Positions 63,648 to 64,000 of a DNA stretch of 64,000 bases are shown here, one piece after another. This DNA is from Octopus sinensis (lineage: Eukaryota). Position numbers and translations under genes: made by a program. The notes under the pieces were generated by a model, which worked only from the letters and a program-made list of their open reading frames with translations, had not been told where the DNA came from and did no database searches. Where the stretch lies: NCBI RefSeq assembly GCF_006345805.1, contig NW_021832867.1:1-64000 (forward strand). Reading direction: 5' to 3'. Position 1 is the first letter of the stretch; the number at the start of each line of letters is the position of its first letter.

Positions 63648-63700
63648 CAGGCATTCTCAACCTTTTTTTTATCGCCCCCTTGTCCACATACAATTTAAAA
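63648..63700 (+). mobile_element. Probable hAT (Buster) left end
   Basis: CAGGCATTCTCAACCTTTTT resembles the TIR at 46661-46677 and is preceded by TATTAGAT (central TA). The partner end is not in the window. Confidence 0.5.
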
Positions 63701-63848
63701 ATTTTTGTGCATTGTTTCTTAATTGGTTTAACCCTTTGGACATAAAACTAATATAAATAGTTAAACGAAACATAAGATAAGAACTTGAAAAATTTAAACA
63801 ACAAAATGTAGAATGCGTGTGTAAATACATATTTTCAAAAAGTTCATA

Positions 63849-64000
63849 CAGTAAAACCTCTGGTGCTCGCCACCTCTGTTACTCGCCACCTCTATTGCTC
63901 GCCACATATTTTCAAAAAATTAAAAATTTCTAGTAAATTTTGATAAATATTCTATTGCTCGCCATTTTCTAAATCTCGCCATTAATTTTTAAAAATATTT
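63849..64000 (+). mobile_element. Probable pogo/Tigger left end running off the window
   Basis: TA-CAGTAAAACCTC followed by repeated CTCGCCA(C) subterminal motifs. Confidence 0.6.

Overview
Eukaryotic, AT-rich genomic DNA with no rRNA, intact tRNA or CRISPR array. About ten highly divergent host genes are present: an SLC17 transporter, coronin-7, a LAMP-like protein, a G-beta-like WD40 protein, sphingosine kinase, ABHD16A, transaldolase, a BET-type double-bromodomain protein, an Lhx1/5-class LIM-homeobox gene and RPSA. They are split by tiny introns (about 23-35 nt) and sit in a dense field of transposon debris. The debris is dominated by CRE-clade and R4-clade restriction-like-endonuclease (RLE) non-LTR retrotransposons, plus hAT (Buster-type) and pogo DNA transposons, often nested. 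The LIM-homeobox gene, tiny introns and extreme protein divergence suggest a reduced metazoan parasite, for example a myxozoan (inference only). Isolated single-base losses in homopolymers inside otherwise intact genes look like long-read consensus errors. The most notable unexplained structures are: (i) a 4.2-kb element bounded by perfect 23-bp inverted repeats (1076-5320), with arms built of 41-bp subrepeats, whose left arm is split by a poly(A)-tailed array of about ten 216-bp units and by several CRE insertions; (ii) a seamless, intron-retaining Raf-kinase::RPB2 chimeric pseudogene; (iii) two 24-25-nt GC-AG introns with the same CAG|GCTG donor. Gene and element boundaries are read by eye and are approximate unless a TIR, TSD, start or stop is quoted.
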